Assembly (NCBI GenBank): GCA_040753015.1
Contig: JBFMHM010000002.1
Location: forward strand, 36,319 to 100,318
Source: Candidatus Omnitrophota bacterium
GTDB lineage: Bacteria > Omnitrophota > Gorgyraeia > Gygaellales > JBFMHM01
Direction of reading: 5' to 3'
Length of the DNA stretch: 64,000 nucleotides
The position numbers and the translations under genes were made by a program. The notes beneath the pieces are model-generated. The model did not search any database. It saw nothing but the letters and a program-made list of their open reading frames with translations, and was not told the origin of the DNA. Below, piece after piece: positions 1 through 9,502 of the stretch (the stretch's first letter is position 1; every line of letters begins with the position of its first letter).

Positions 1-394
1 ATTTATTATGGTAAAAATACCACTTATGTAAACCGGAAAGCACAGCAGTATTCATTAAAAATGCTTGCAATCCACCAACGGATTTCATTTTTCCTTTATA
101 AAAATATTCGAGGCCCCACATACCTTTCATACCAGCAAACTTTCTTAAATTTATCTGCTGCCTAAGACAAGTCTTGAATTGGTCAATTAATGGCTGTCCA
201 AAAATACACACAATATCAACGTCTTCTGTTTCTATGGATGCACATCTTAACGCTTCAAAGATTGTTTCTCTTGGTACTCCTGCAGCCATTTTAGCTCGAA
301 CTACACGCTCGCGGGAAATAGCCGAAATAATTTTACCATCTATGCTAATTGCAACTCCTGCGTCATGATCCGCATGTGTTCCCAAAACAATCAT
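1..394 (-). CDS. Carbamoyltransferase (NodU/CmcH family), N-terminal part only; 3' end runs past the window start
   Basis: Minus-strand ORF from ATG (reverse complement of 392-394) reads MIVLGTHADHDAGVAISIDGKIISAISRERVVRAKM. This is colinear with the N-terminus of the full-length paralog at 11971-13719 (MIILGISAGHESGAALLKDGDIIFAASEERYARNKM). The frame is open to position 1. It is absent from the ORF track because it has no in-window stop. Confidence 0.55.
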   Translation of the reverse strand, partial: MIVLGTHADHDAGVAISIDGKIISAISRERVVRAKMAAGVPRETIFEALRCASIETEDVDIVCIFGQPLIDQFKTCLRQQINLRKFAGMKGMWGLEYFYKGKMKSVGGLQAFLMNTAVLSGLHKWYFYHNK

Positions 395-428
395 ATCTAC
401 CCTTTACTATTTATATATTTTTAGAAAA

Positions 429-1535
429 TTATCCGGAGCTTATGACATCAATAATCCACGAAGCACCAGCCCTCCTAGGAAAACGCTCAATAAGTTTATA
501 ATCTACGCTGCATGATTTTTCCATCCATTGTTTTAAATCATTACGAGTAAAGTAATTAATAATAGGCGTATGTAGAAAATCAAAAGAATTTACGTGAAGA
601 TAATGAAAGCTATATCCTTCATATTGACTTAAGGGTAAACTATCCGCAACTCTATTTAATTTAATAACACGAAGAAATTTTCCTATCAAAGCTAAAACAT
701 AGCGAGGAAGTGTAACAATCGTTGCCACATGCCAAATCAACTTTATAGGTAACCAGCTGCAAAACATTCTTATTGCTTGTATAACATGCGTAACCACCGA
801 AACATTATAAGTCCACGCAAACACTCTCCCGCCAGGTTTCGCCATAGAACAAAGAGAAATAAACCCCTTATACGGATCAGGGAGATGTTGAAGTACGCCT
901 ATACAAATTGCAAGATCAAATTGTTTCGCCGTAATAGGTAAGTTAAAAATATCAGTCTGCACACATAAAACTCTTTCGTCAAAGTTATATTTTTCGTAAG
1001 CAAGCTCTATAGCTTCACTAAGATCAAAACAAACAATTTTTTTAATGCCGACATCGAGAAATAACCCTGTAAATCTGCCCTGTCCTGCTCCAGCATCAAT
1101 AATAGATTTTTCTGCGTATTCATTTGTATCAAGAAGCCCACCGGTAAGACGTAAAAATTCAGCTTCATCATAAGTTGTCATATTTTGCGCATCATATTTT
1201 TTCCACTGAAAAGCGTAGTAGCTTGCTGTTTTTGCCTTTCGAGAAAAAACAACAGAGTACAATAAATTATCAAGTTTTTTAAAATATTGCTCTGGTAACT
1301 TACTACTATAAATACTAATCCAATTTTTTAATTTATCCGAATCTATTACAGTGGCAAGAAGCTCCGGAGAGAGCATCCTTGGGACTCCGTTCATTAAAGG
1401 AAATAAGTGTTCCTGATTAGAACAACAAAAAATACCATCACGCAAATGAAACGCTTCGGATTTAAATACTTTAAGCGTGAGCAATTGCGAACATTGAGGG
1501 CATATAAAATAATCACTATATTTTTCGTGCATCAA
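429..1535 (-). CDS. Class I SAM-dependent methyltransferase with N-terminal Cys-rich (zinc-ribbon-like) extension
   Basis: Gly-rich SAM motif DAGAGQGRFTGLF followed by acidic FDLSE. N-terminal CPQC...CCSNQEH cysteine cluster. 4-nt overlap with upstream AsnB gene. Confidence 0.7.
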   Translation of the reverse strand: MMHEKYSDYFICPQCSQLLTLKVFKSEAFHLRDGIFCCSNQEHLFPLMNGVPRMLSPELLATVIDSDKLKNWISIYSSKLPEQYFKKLDNLLYSVVFSRKAKTASYYAFQWKKYDAQNMTTYDEAEFLRLTGGLLDTNEYAEKSIIDAGAGQGRFTGLFLDVGIKKIVCFDLSEAIELAYEKYNFDERVLCVQTDIFNLPITAKQFDLAICIGVLQHLPDPYKGFISLCSMAKPGGRVFAWTYNVSVVTHVIQAIRMFCSWLPIKLIWHVATIVTLPRYVLALIGKFLRVIKLNRVADSLPLSQYEGYSFHYLHVNSFDFLHTPIINYFTRNDLKQWMEKSCSVDYKLIERFPRRAGASWIIDVISSG

Positions 1536-3451
1536 GCATACTCCAAATTGCCATAATTGTTAACATCAGAAATATTATTATTTAACAAAAGTTCTTCGTG
1601 CCATATTATTAAGGACACCACCGCGGACACCTGTCTACCTCTATTAATTCTTCCATTACAATGATCTCGCCAATATTCCAAAACCTTATCGCCATTTAAC
1701 CCAATATCGCAGAGTTTATCTCTATCTAAAAGCTTATTCACTTGCTCCTTGAATTCACCTCTGAACCATTGATCTATTGGATATACAAAGCCACGCTTTG
1801 GAGCATTTCGTATGCTCTTAGGAATACGATTTACTAAAGCCTTTCTAATAAGCGGCTTTGTCTGATTCTTTGAAAATTTAATGTTTGGCGATAGTTTCAA
1901 AGAAAAATCATAAAAATCATTATCAAGAAACGGCACCCTCATTTCTACGCCATAAGCCATAGACGCCGCATCAAACCCAGCCAAAACATTTGACTGCATA
2001 AATGTATTAAAATCAATCCATAAAAGACGTTCTTCACCCTGAGGCTCTCTAAGATGGTCTATGTTTTTTAAAATATCCTCAAGACCAAAAGATGGTTTCT
2101 TTCCAAGTAAGCTCTCTTTTTCAAAATCATTAAAAATCTCCTTATATTTCAAATGTCCTAAGAAGGGTTCATAATCCGCACCATAGAGAAAACGGCGAAT
2201 TTTGAAATCAAAACTCATATTCTTATCTGAATAAGAAACTTTATCTATCAAATATTTTAGGACATTTTTAAAAAACCTGGGTAATTTCCTATACTGTTTA
2301 GCATAATAGTATGCATTTAAAGTAGGATATCCGGCAAACAACTCATCTCCTCCGGATCCAACAAGAATGACTTTATGACCTTCTTTTTTTGAAAACTGAC
2401 TGACAAGAGCAACAAGGCCAACCCCCCAGTCACCTATTGGTTCACCATAATTGCCAAGAATAAATCGCATTTGCTCCCAGAGATCTTTTGGTGTCATCAA
2501 TTTAGTCATGACTCTTGTATTAGAATAACGAGCCATTTCGACAGCTAAGCCAGACTCATCAAAAGATGGTTCATCAAATTGGAGGGAAAAACTTAAAGGC
2601 TTTTTTCCAAGTTCTTGAGCCGAATAAGACAAAATAGAACAAGAATCAAACCCCCCACTCAAAGATATGCCGACTGGCACATCTGAACGAAATTGTCTTT
2701 CAAGCGATTGTTTCATGTATTTATCAAAAAGTCCCAGCGCCTCGTTGAAGTTGGTAATTTCAGGCTTCCACTGAGGCGACCAATAACGGACAACTTCTTT
2801 TTTATTTCTTTTTAGACGTATAAAATAAGCTGGACGTAGTTTTTCAACCCCTTCTATCATGGACCATGGAGCGGGTAAAGAATATTGAGACAAGTATAAT
2901 TCCATAGCCGGTTGACTTATTTTTTTACTAGTCAAACCCAATCTTATCAATGCACCTAATTCTGAACTAAAATAAACACTATTTTCTTTTTCAACAATGT
3001 ATATGGGCTTAATACCGAAGCGATCCCGCGCTAAAACAAGCTCCTCTCGCTCTGGACAATAAGCAGCAAAAGCAAACATACCGTTAAATCGTGGTATGGC
3101 CTTTTCTGCTCCCCATTTAGAAATAGCTGTTATAAGCACTTCCGTGTCTGACTCTGTGTTAAACTGACACCCTTCAGATCTAAGTTCATCCCTTAACTCA
3201 ATATAATTATAAATTTCACCGTTAAAAATAACCACCCAGCGTCGCTTAGCATCCCACATTGGTTGATTACCGGCTTTCAAATCTATAATAGAAAGCCTTG
3301 TATGAACCAATAAAAGTTCTCTCTTGTCAGGCAAGATAGTTTTAAATTCTCCGTCTCCATCAGGGCCTCTATGCTTCAAAAGATTCTTTGCCCTAGTAGT
3401 AAGATCTGGATTAATTTTTTTGTCTGAAATGATTCCAAAAATTCCGCACAT
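1532..3451 (-). CDS. Asparagine synthetase B-like glutamine amidotransferase (class II GATase + PP-loop ATP pyrophosphatase), paralog 1 of 4
   Basis: N-terminal MCGIFGI (Cys2 nucleophile), SGGFDS PP-loop motif, ~640 aa typical AsnB length. Confidence 0.85.
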   Translation of the reverse strand: MCGIFGIISDKKINPDLTTRAKNLLKHRGPDGDGEFKTILPDKRELLLVHTRLSIIDLKAGNQPMWDAKRRWVVIFNGEIYNYIELRDELRSEGCQFNTESDTEVLITAISKWGAEKAIPRFNGMFAFAAYCPEREELVLARDRFGIKPIYIVEKENSVYFSSELGALIRLGLTSKKISQPAMELYLSQYSLPAPWSMIEGVEKLRPAYFIRLKRNKKEVVRYWSPQWKPEITNFNEALGLFDKYMKQSLERQFRSDVPVGISLSGGFDSCSILSYSAQELGKKPLSFSLQFDEPSFDESGLAVEMARYSNTRVMTKLMTPKDLWEQMRFILGNYGEPIGDWGVGLVALVSQFSKKEGHKVILVGSGGDELFAGYPTLNAYYYAKQYRKLPRFFKNVLKYLIDKVSYSDKNMSFDFKIRRFLYGADYEPFLGHLKYKEIFNDFEKESLLGKKPSFGLEDILKNIDHLREPQGEERLLWIDFNTFMQSNVLAGFDAASMAYGVEMRVPFLDNDFYDFSLKLSPNIKFSKNQTKPLIRKALVNRIPKSIRNAPKRGFVYPIDQWFRGEFKEQVNKLLDRDKLCDIGLNGDKVLEYWRDHCNGRINRGRQVSAVVSLIIWHEELLLNNNISDVNNYGNLEYA

Positions 3452-3466
3452 AAATGACCTATTTAG

Positions 3467-4465
3467 TTATTTATTATAGTGTCGCCTTGTACTAAGATTT
3501 AAAGTACTTCTTCCATACCCCATACCCTCTTGCATGTCAAAAAACATCGCAAAAAAGATAGATTGAATACCTATAGAAACAAAAAGCGAACATATAACGG
3601 TAGTTCCTGCAGATGGTATGATATTATTGAAAAACTTCATAAATAAAATATAAGAACCTATGCCTAACCCTGTTAAACAAAAAATCATGCCAAAAAAGAA
3701 CAGAAACACTAATGGATGAAAATTTGAAAAAATATATTTGTAAAACATCCTATAGAAAAAATTTCTAAAAAGCATCGGAGAAACACTTAAGGCATACGAA
3801 AAACCTTTTATTTGAGATTGCCTCTCGTTAGGTAAATATATAGCACGCCGTGGTACATCAATAACCCTAAAACCTTCGATATTAAAACGCATCAAAAAAT
3901 CCATTGGATAGCCATATTTTTTCCATGCCTTATCCCAATCTATGGCTAAGAGCGCTTGTTTATTTATAGCCGTATATCCATCTACCACATCAAAAATATG
4001 ATAATATCCTGACGAAATTTTAGTCATCAAAGAAATTAGAGTATTTCCGAAAAGCCGTATTTTTGGCATATCTTCAAATGCATTACCTTTTACCATAAAA
4101 CGATTTCCTTTTACATAGTCAGCACAATCATCAACAATTGGATCTAAAAATCTAGATAATTCATCAAGTGGCATTTGATTATCACCACCTACAACAACCA
4201 CAATATCAAAATTTTCTTTTATTGCTGCTTTATAACCAGTTATAATAGCTGCTCCTGGACCCTGATTAACGCTATGTTTTATTAATTGAATTCTTGAATC
4301 GCTTTTTGCGCATTGCATTATTACGGCATTTTGATTATCAGGGCTCTTATCATCAACAACATAAACACTATCAATAACACTAGGCATACTTTCTAATGTT
4401 GGTTTTATCAATTTTTCTTCTTTGTAAGCAGGAATAACCAAGGCTATTCTTTTATCTCTATACAT
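3467..4465 (-). CDS. Family 2 glycosyltransferase with C-terminal transmembrane segments
   Basis: IALVIPAYKEE ... VVDDKSPDN (GT2 DxD region). Hydrophobic C-terminal third. Start moved to internal Met14 (ATG at 4463-4465 preceded by GGAGCG), which gives an 8-nt overlap instead of the 47-nt overlap of the longest ORF. Confidence 0.7.
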   Translation of the reverse strand: MYRDKRIALVIPAYKEEKLIKPTLESMPSVIDSVYVVDDKSPDNQNAVIMQCAKSDSRIQLIKHSVNQGPGAAIITGYKAAIKENFDIVVVVGGDNQMPLDELSRFLDPIVDDCADYVKGNRFMVKGNAFEDMPKIRLFGNTLISLMTKISSGYYHIFDVVDGYTAINKQALLAIDWDKAWKKYGYPMDFLMRFNIEGFRVIDVPRRAIYLPNERQSQIKGFSYALSVSPMLFRNFFYRMFYKYIFSNFHPLVFLFFFGMIFCLTGLGIGSYILFMKFFNNIIPSAGTTVICSLFVSIGIQSIFFAMFFDMQEGMGYGRSTLNLSTRRHYNK

Positions 4466-5579
4466 TTCGCTCCTTATTTTTAAAAAATTCGATAACATAG
4501 GCAATTATATAATCGTGTTGTTCTTTATCCATCTCTGGAAAAATTGGTAAAGATAATATTTTTTTTGCCTTATTGCACGAAACAGGAAAATCTGCTTCTT
4601 TTAATTTAAGATATTCATATGCTGGTTGCACTGGTAACGGAATAGGATAATGAATCCCAGTAGAAATACCTTTTTCTAAAAGATACTTTCTTAGTTCTTC
4701 GCGGTAACGCGTTTCTACTACATAAAGATGATATGCGCTTTTAAGTCCTTCCGGTTCTTTATAAATTTTCAAATCGCCAATACCATTTAATCGTTGAGAA
4801 TAGATATCGGCCAATTCCCGCCTTGATTGATTCCAGCCTCGTAAAAATGGTAATTTTACAGCAAGTATAGCTCCTTGAATCTCATCCATCCGCATATTAT
4901 AACCCTCAAAATCATGAATATACTTACCGCCTCTTCCATGGTTTCTAAGTTTTGCAACGTATTCAGCTATTATTGAATTATTTGTAGCAACTGCTCCAGC
5001 ATCGCCAAATGCTCCTAAATTTTTCCCCGGGAAAAAACTATATGTAGCAATATCTACCATTCCTGCAATACTCTTTCCATTAATCTCGGCTCCATGCGCT
5101 TGAGCGCAGTCTGCCACAACTCTTAAATTGTATTTTTCTGCTATTTTATTTAAACTTTTAATATCTACTGGTAAGCCATAAAGACATACAGGCAATAAAA
5201 CCTTAGTTTTATCGCTAATCTTTGATAAAACATCTTCCGGAGAAATATTGTTAGTTTCTGGGTCGACATCTGCAAAAACAACCCGTGCACCCGTCATTGT
5301 AATGGCTTCGGATGTTGCTATAAAGCTATTTGCTGCAGTAATAACTTCGTCACCGTAACCAACATTTAAAGCTTTTAACGCCAAATAGATAGCATCTGTT
5401 CCATTTGCACAACCAATGACATGTTGTACATTTAAATATTTGCTGAAAGCCTCTTCAAATATTTTTACATGCCGACCCTGAATAAACTCTACGTTATTTA
5501 TACACTCAGCTATCGCAGAATCAATTTGCATTTTAATTTTATTATATTGTATTTTTAAATCAACAAATGGAATCCTCAT
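4458..5579 (-). CDS. DegT/DnrJ/EryC1/StrS-family PLP-dependent sugar aminotransferase (ArnB/WecE/WbpE-like)
   Basis: MRIPFVDLKIQY...QGRHVKIFEEAFSKYLNVQHVIGCANGTDAIYLALKAL...DEVITAANSFIATSEAI. This is the characteristic family N-terminus and length (373 aa). Confidence 0.85.
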   Translation of the reverse strand: MRIPFVDLKIQYNKIKMQIDSAIAECINNVEFIQGRHVKIFEEAFSKYLNVQHVIGCANGTDAIYLALKALNVGYGDEVITAANSFIATSEAITMTGARVVFADVDPETNNISPEDVLSKISDKTKVLLPVCLYGLPVDIKSLNKIAEKYNLRVVADCAQAHGAEINGKSIAGMVDIATYSFFPGKNLGAFGDAGAVATNNSIIAEYVAKLRNHGRGGKYIHDFEGYNMRMDEIQGAILAVKLPFLRGWNQSRRELADIYSQRLNGIGDLKIYKEPEGLKSAYHLYVVETRYREELRKYLLEKGISTGIHYPIPLPVQPAYEYLKLKEADFPVSCNKAKKILSLPIFPEMDKEQHDYIIAYVIEFFKNKERNV

Positions 5580-7198
5580 GTTTTTATTTTTATTTTATTG
5601 CAATAATAAAATGTTATAAATTTATCAATTGAAAAATTTATAAGCCTAATTAATGTTAAAAACCCTAAGAAATAAAAAATCACCATAAAAGGATCAATAG
5701 GAATACGCATTCTGTATGTTCCGGGAACGAATAACATAGGTATGATTAAATTATAAATAATAATCCCGCTAAAAATAAACCATACAAGCTTGTTAGGGCT
5801 CTTAAAAATATTAATAATTGAAACACAAAACCCAATAATCAAAAATAAGAAGAATAGTATTTTTTTATTATCGCTCATAATAAAATAATAATATGTGCTA
5901 GCTATGTATGCATAAATTTTGGTAAAAATATTTGGTTTCGCGTTAAACTTAACGTATCTTTTAGTTGGATCGTGCACCCAAACATCGAGAACATCTCTAT
6001 GTGCTTTTTCAGCATCTAGTAAGCCCTTATAAGGATATTTACCCGTATTATATGACCTTAACCCCGGTATATATAAAACTGTGGGCTCTACGACTAGTTG
6101 CATTAGAACTACATACCTAAAGGTATTTTTAAAATATTCAAAAGGGTACTTTTTTATGCAATCTAAAGAAGCTCGAAGAAGAACATCATCTACATCTGCT
6201 GCTAGTTTAATTTTCTTATCTTGGAAATAAGAACAAAAAGCAGGAATATGACGCTTCCATGCATCAGGACCGAAATAATAATCATAATATTTCCATGATT
6301 TTCTTTGTTCGAGCCCCTCTTTTTCTTTGCGAAAAGCAATATTCCTCTCAAATGATTCCTTGATATCTTTAATATAAACACTATCGTAATCTACTATTTT
6401 TTCATATTCCACAACACGTGAATACAAATTAAGCCCAACACATTTAGTCATAGCAAAAAATCCATTATGTTTAGAATTGTAAATCATCCATGGCAATATA
6501 CTACTTAGATAAAAAACTGCTCCTATCAAAAATAAAAAAGTTGATTTAAGCTTATTAGCATTTTTTTTGTTGAGTAAAAAGATAGTGAATAGAACACAAA
6601 GAAATACAACTAATAGTTGTGCTATAGGCCTAATATTAGTTGCAAAACCAGTAAAAACAAAGGAAAATAATAAAAATTTATACTTCTTTGTTTCAGCATA
6701 TTGCATATAAAAATAAATGATAAAAGCTAAAATGAATGAATAAAAAAGTTCAGTCATAACATAATTTGCATATGACCAGATTTGCAAAGAAAAACAAGAT
6801 AATAAACCGCATAATAAACTTTTTAGCCTATCCTTAAAAAGCAAGAAAGAAATAAAATATACCATTAAAATTATAATTACAGCCATTAAATGCTGCGTAA
6901 AACGTAAAGCAAAAGTAAAATTTTCGGGAAAAATTTTAAGCAAACCTACTAAAAGAAGCGGATAACCGGGTGTTCGATTAATGCTTAACGAGGAAAAATC
7001 AAAAAAATCTTTTATTCGAACAGCAGCTACAACATAAGTACCTGAATCAGAAAAAACCATAATAGTAGTTCCTAAAAAAATAATAGTTTGAGTTAAAATT
7101 GCAACCGCGAGTAAAAAATAGAAATGTTGAAACCCAGAATTACACCAATTCTCTAGACTAATAACTATAGAGTTTATATATTTTTTAAAGTTGATCAT
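5576..7198 (-). CDS. Polytopic membrane protein, GT-C-fold glycosyltransferase-like (ArnT/PMT-like); function not established
   Basis: 540 aa with >10 predicted TM helices and a short periplasmic-loop acidic motif (FSDSGTY) near the N-terminus. Sits between an ArnB-like aminotransferase and an ArnC-like GT2. Confidence 0.4.
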   Translation of the reverse strand: MINFKKYINSIVISLENWCNSGFQHFYFLLAVAILTQTIIFLGTTIMVFSDSGTYVVAAVRIKDFFDFSSLSINRTPGYPLLLVGLLKIFPENFTFALRFTQHLMAVIIILMVYFISFLLFKDRLKSLLCGLLSCFSLQIWSYANYVMTELFYSFILAFIIYFYMQYAETKKYKFLLFSFVFTGFATNIRPIAQLLVVFLCVLFTIFLLNKKNANKLKSTFLFLIGAVFYLSSILPWMIYNSKHNGFFAMTKCVGLNLYSRVVEYEKIVDYDSVYIKDIKESFERNIAFRKEKEGLEQRKSWKYYDYYFGPDAWKRHIPAFCSYFQDKKIKLAADVDDVLLRASLDCIKKYPFEYFKNTFRYVVLMQLVVEPTVLYIPGLRSYNTGKYPYKGLLDAEKAHRDVLDVWVHDPTKRYVKFNAKPNIFTKIYAYIASTYYYFIMSDNKKILFFLFLIIGFCVSIINIFKSPNKLVWFIFSGIIIYNLIIPMLFVPGTYRMRIPIDPFMVIFYFLGFLTLIRLINFSIDKFITFYYCNKIKIKT

Positions 7199-8624
7199 TT
7201 TTTACCCGTAAAATACTAAGACATCCTTTAAAAATAAATTTTAAAAAAAGATTTAACATTTCAATCAATCCAAGCATTTTAATTACAGTAAAAATTCTTC
7301 TTGGAGTTAAATGAATTCTTAACAAACCAATTTTTTGTAAAGAAATAAGGTCTCTTGAAGTTAAATCATTAACCGATATTGGGCTAGAATCATAACGCCT
7401 GTATTCAGAAAAGTCGTTTATTGAAAGCCGCATTCCATGCTTACCACTAACTGCCCAATCATACATAACAGAACCCGGATAAGGATTTGCTATTGAAAAA
7501 TTTGAATACAAAACCTGCGGAATACTTTTTACAAAACGAATAGTTTTCTCAACAGATTTTTTTGTTTCACCAGGTAAACCCAACATGACAGAACAAGCTG
7601 GCTCAATTCCAAGCTCCTCGGTTATTTTAAAAGCATCTAGCATGGCTTCATGAGTAACATCTTTGCGAATTATCTTTAAAATTTTTGGATCTCCACTCTC
7701 AATGCCATAGCTAATCCTTATTAGACCGGCTTTCTTCATTAGTTCTAATATTTTTTTATCTACAAGATTAGCTCTTGTCCACCCTTCAAATGTGATCTTA
7801 ATATTACGCCCCAAAATCTCATCGCAAACTCCTTTTATCTGTTCTTGCTTTAAAGTTAAATTCGAATCCATAAAAAAGAAATGCGATATACCTAATAAAT
7901 CTAGCCATTGCTCTATTTCGTCTACGATGTTTCTCGGTGAACGAAATCTAATACTTGGATTAGTTAATGGCTCGCTACAAAAAACACATTTAAACGGACA
8001 CCCCCTTGTTGCCATAATCGGTAAGTAATTGCGTGATTTAAACTTAGCAAATGTCATAACATATTTTTTATGATTTATTAAATGCATTGCCGGGAATTGA
8101 AGCTCATCTAAACTATTTATTCGGTTTGCGGGTTCGGTCTCAATAATTTTTCCGTTTTCCCTATAAATAAAACCTTTTATCGAATCATAATTATCTAATT
8201 TGTTTTCAATAATATTTAAGAAATAATTAAAAGAATTGTCGCTTTCTCCAAAAAAACCATAATCAAAACAGTCAAAAAATGCCTCTTTTTTAAAAATATT
8301 AATATGCTCTCCGCCAATTAAAACTGGAGATTTAAATCCTTTCGCTTTAATCTCTTTGGCTAAGATAACAGCTTTATGAAATATAGGTGAAGTCGCCGTA
8401 ATACCAACAAGATCGAAATTATGCCTAATAACAGTATCAACTAATGACTTCGTATTATAATCTTCAACGTCGGCATCTATAAATCTCACTTTGTGCCCTC
8501 TTTTTTCGGCAACTGAAGCGAGATATAAAATTCCAAGCGGTGGCTGTGAATTACGTTTTTTTGCAATTTTTGCAAATATACCTAAATCTTCAGTCCATGT
8601 AGGACTTACAAACAAAATTTTCAT
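7185..8624 (-). CDS. Cobalamin-binding-domain radical SAM enzyme (class B rSAM), paralog 1 of 4
   Basis: N-terminal B12-binding Rossmann-like region (KILFVSP...GILYLASVAEKRGHKVRFIDADV...LVGITAT). Radical SAM cluster motif TRGCPFKCVFC. Confidence 0.8.
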   Translation of the reverse strand: MKILFVSPTWTEDLGIFAKIAKKRNSQPPLGILYLASVAEKRGHKVRFIDADVEDYNTKSLVDTVIRHNFDLVGITATSPIFHKAVILAKEIKAKGFKSPVLIGGEHINIFKKEAFFDCFDYGFFGESDNSFNYFLNIIENKLDNYDSIKGFIYRENGKIIETEPANRINSLDELQFPAMHLINHKKYVMTFAKFKSRNYLPIMATRGCPFKCVFCSEPLTNPSIRFRSPRNIVDEIEQWLDLLGISHFFFMDSNLTLKQEQIKGVCDEILGRNIKITFEGWTRANLVDKKILELMKKAGLIRISYGIESGDPKILKIIRKDVTHEAMLDAFKITEELGIEPACSVMLGLPGETKKSVEKTIRFVKSIPQVLYSNFSIANPYPGSVMYDWAVSGKHGMRLSINDFSEYRRYDSSPISVNDLTSRDLISLQKIGLLRIHLTPRRIFTVIKMLGLIEMLNLFLKFIFKGCLSILRVKNDQL

Positions 8625-9502
8625 TATTTATTATTTTTATATATCTTTCTTAATTGTTCGGCTAGTAATCCCATCGAAAAAATAGGAACAAAACTAGCAA
8701 CACAGATCCCAGAAACTATATTAATAACTTGTGAGTTTATATAATAGCTATTCAGTATCCATAAAAACAAACCAGAAATAGCATTAAAAATTGCTATAAG
8801 AAGAAATAGCTTTAAGGGGTTGTAGTAAATAAAAGCTTCTATTATTATTTGAGCCGCCCTAAGAGTATCTTTAAAATGTCTAACTTTTGATTTCCCTTCC
8901 CTCTTAAAATAATCAATCGGAATATATTTTACGTAAAAATGATTTAATAAAAATATTAGCGTTAAAGTGGTTGTAAAAGAAAATCCTGTGCATAAAGAAT
9001 CCTGGAATGTTAATACAATTTCTTTATTAAATATCCTTAATCCCGAATTAACATCGGGTATCTTTCGACCGCAAGCATATTCAGTTAAATGTTTAAACAA
9101 TATCCTAGCAGGCCTTTTTAGCATTCCTTTATTGTATTCTCGACCTTGCCTTGCCCCAACAACCATATGATACTGAGGGTAATACTTATACAACTCTTTG
9201 ATGCTTTCAGCAGGATAAGATCCATCGCCATCAATTATGGCTATACAGCTATATTTTGCAGCGATAATTCCATTAAATAAAGCTTTGCCATAACCGAGAT
9301 TTTCTACATGATCGATTACGGAGAAATTTTTTAATTTTAGCTCTTGTAATATCTTGACTGTATTATCGGTTGAGCCATCATTCACAACAATAAGTTCATA
9401 TTCATTAAAGTCTTTAAATTCAGTTGCAATATCGGTTAAAGTTTTTGAAATAGATTTTTCTTCATTATAAACAGGAACGATTATACTAATCATTTTCACC
9501 AC
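8624..9502 (-). CDS. GT2 polyprenyl-phosphate sugar transferase-like (ArnC/DPM1/GtrB-like) with C-terminal TM helices
   Basis: ISIIVPVYNEEKSI ... ELIVVNDGSTDNT. Two to three C-terminal hydrophobic helices. Confidence 0.7.
   Translation of the reverse strand: MVKMISIIVPVYNEEKSISKTLTDIATEFKDFNEYELIVVNDGSTDNTVKILQELKLKNFSVIDHVENLGYGKALFNGIIAAKYSCIAIIDGDGSYPAESIKELYKYYPQYHMVVGARQGREYNKGMLKRPARILFKHLTEYACGRKIPDVNSGLRIFNKEIVLTFQDSLCTGFSFTTTLTLIFLLNHFYVKYIPIDYFKREGKSKVRHFKDTLRAAQIIIEAFIYYNPLKLFLLIAIFNAISGLFLWILNSYYINSQVINIVSGICVASFVPIFSMGLLAEQLRKIYKNNK

Noticed and set aside
174-368. Plus-strand 64-aa ORF at the window start
   Set aside because: It is antisense to the minus-strand carbamoyltransferase N-terminal coding region, which has clear homology to the full-length paralog. 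It has no RBS and no recognisable features.
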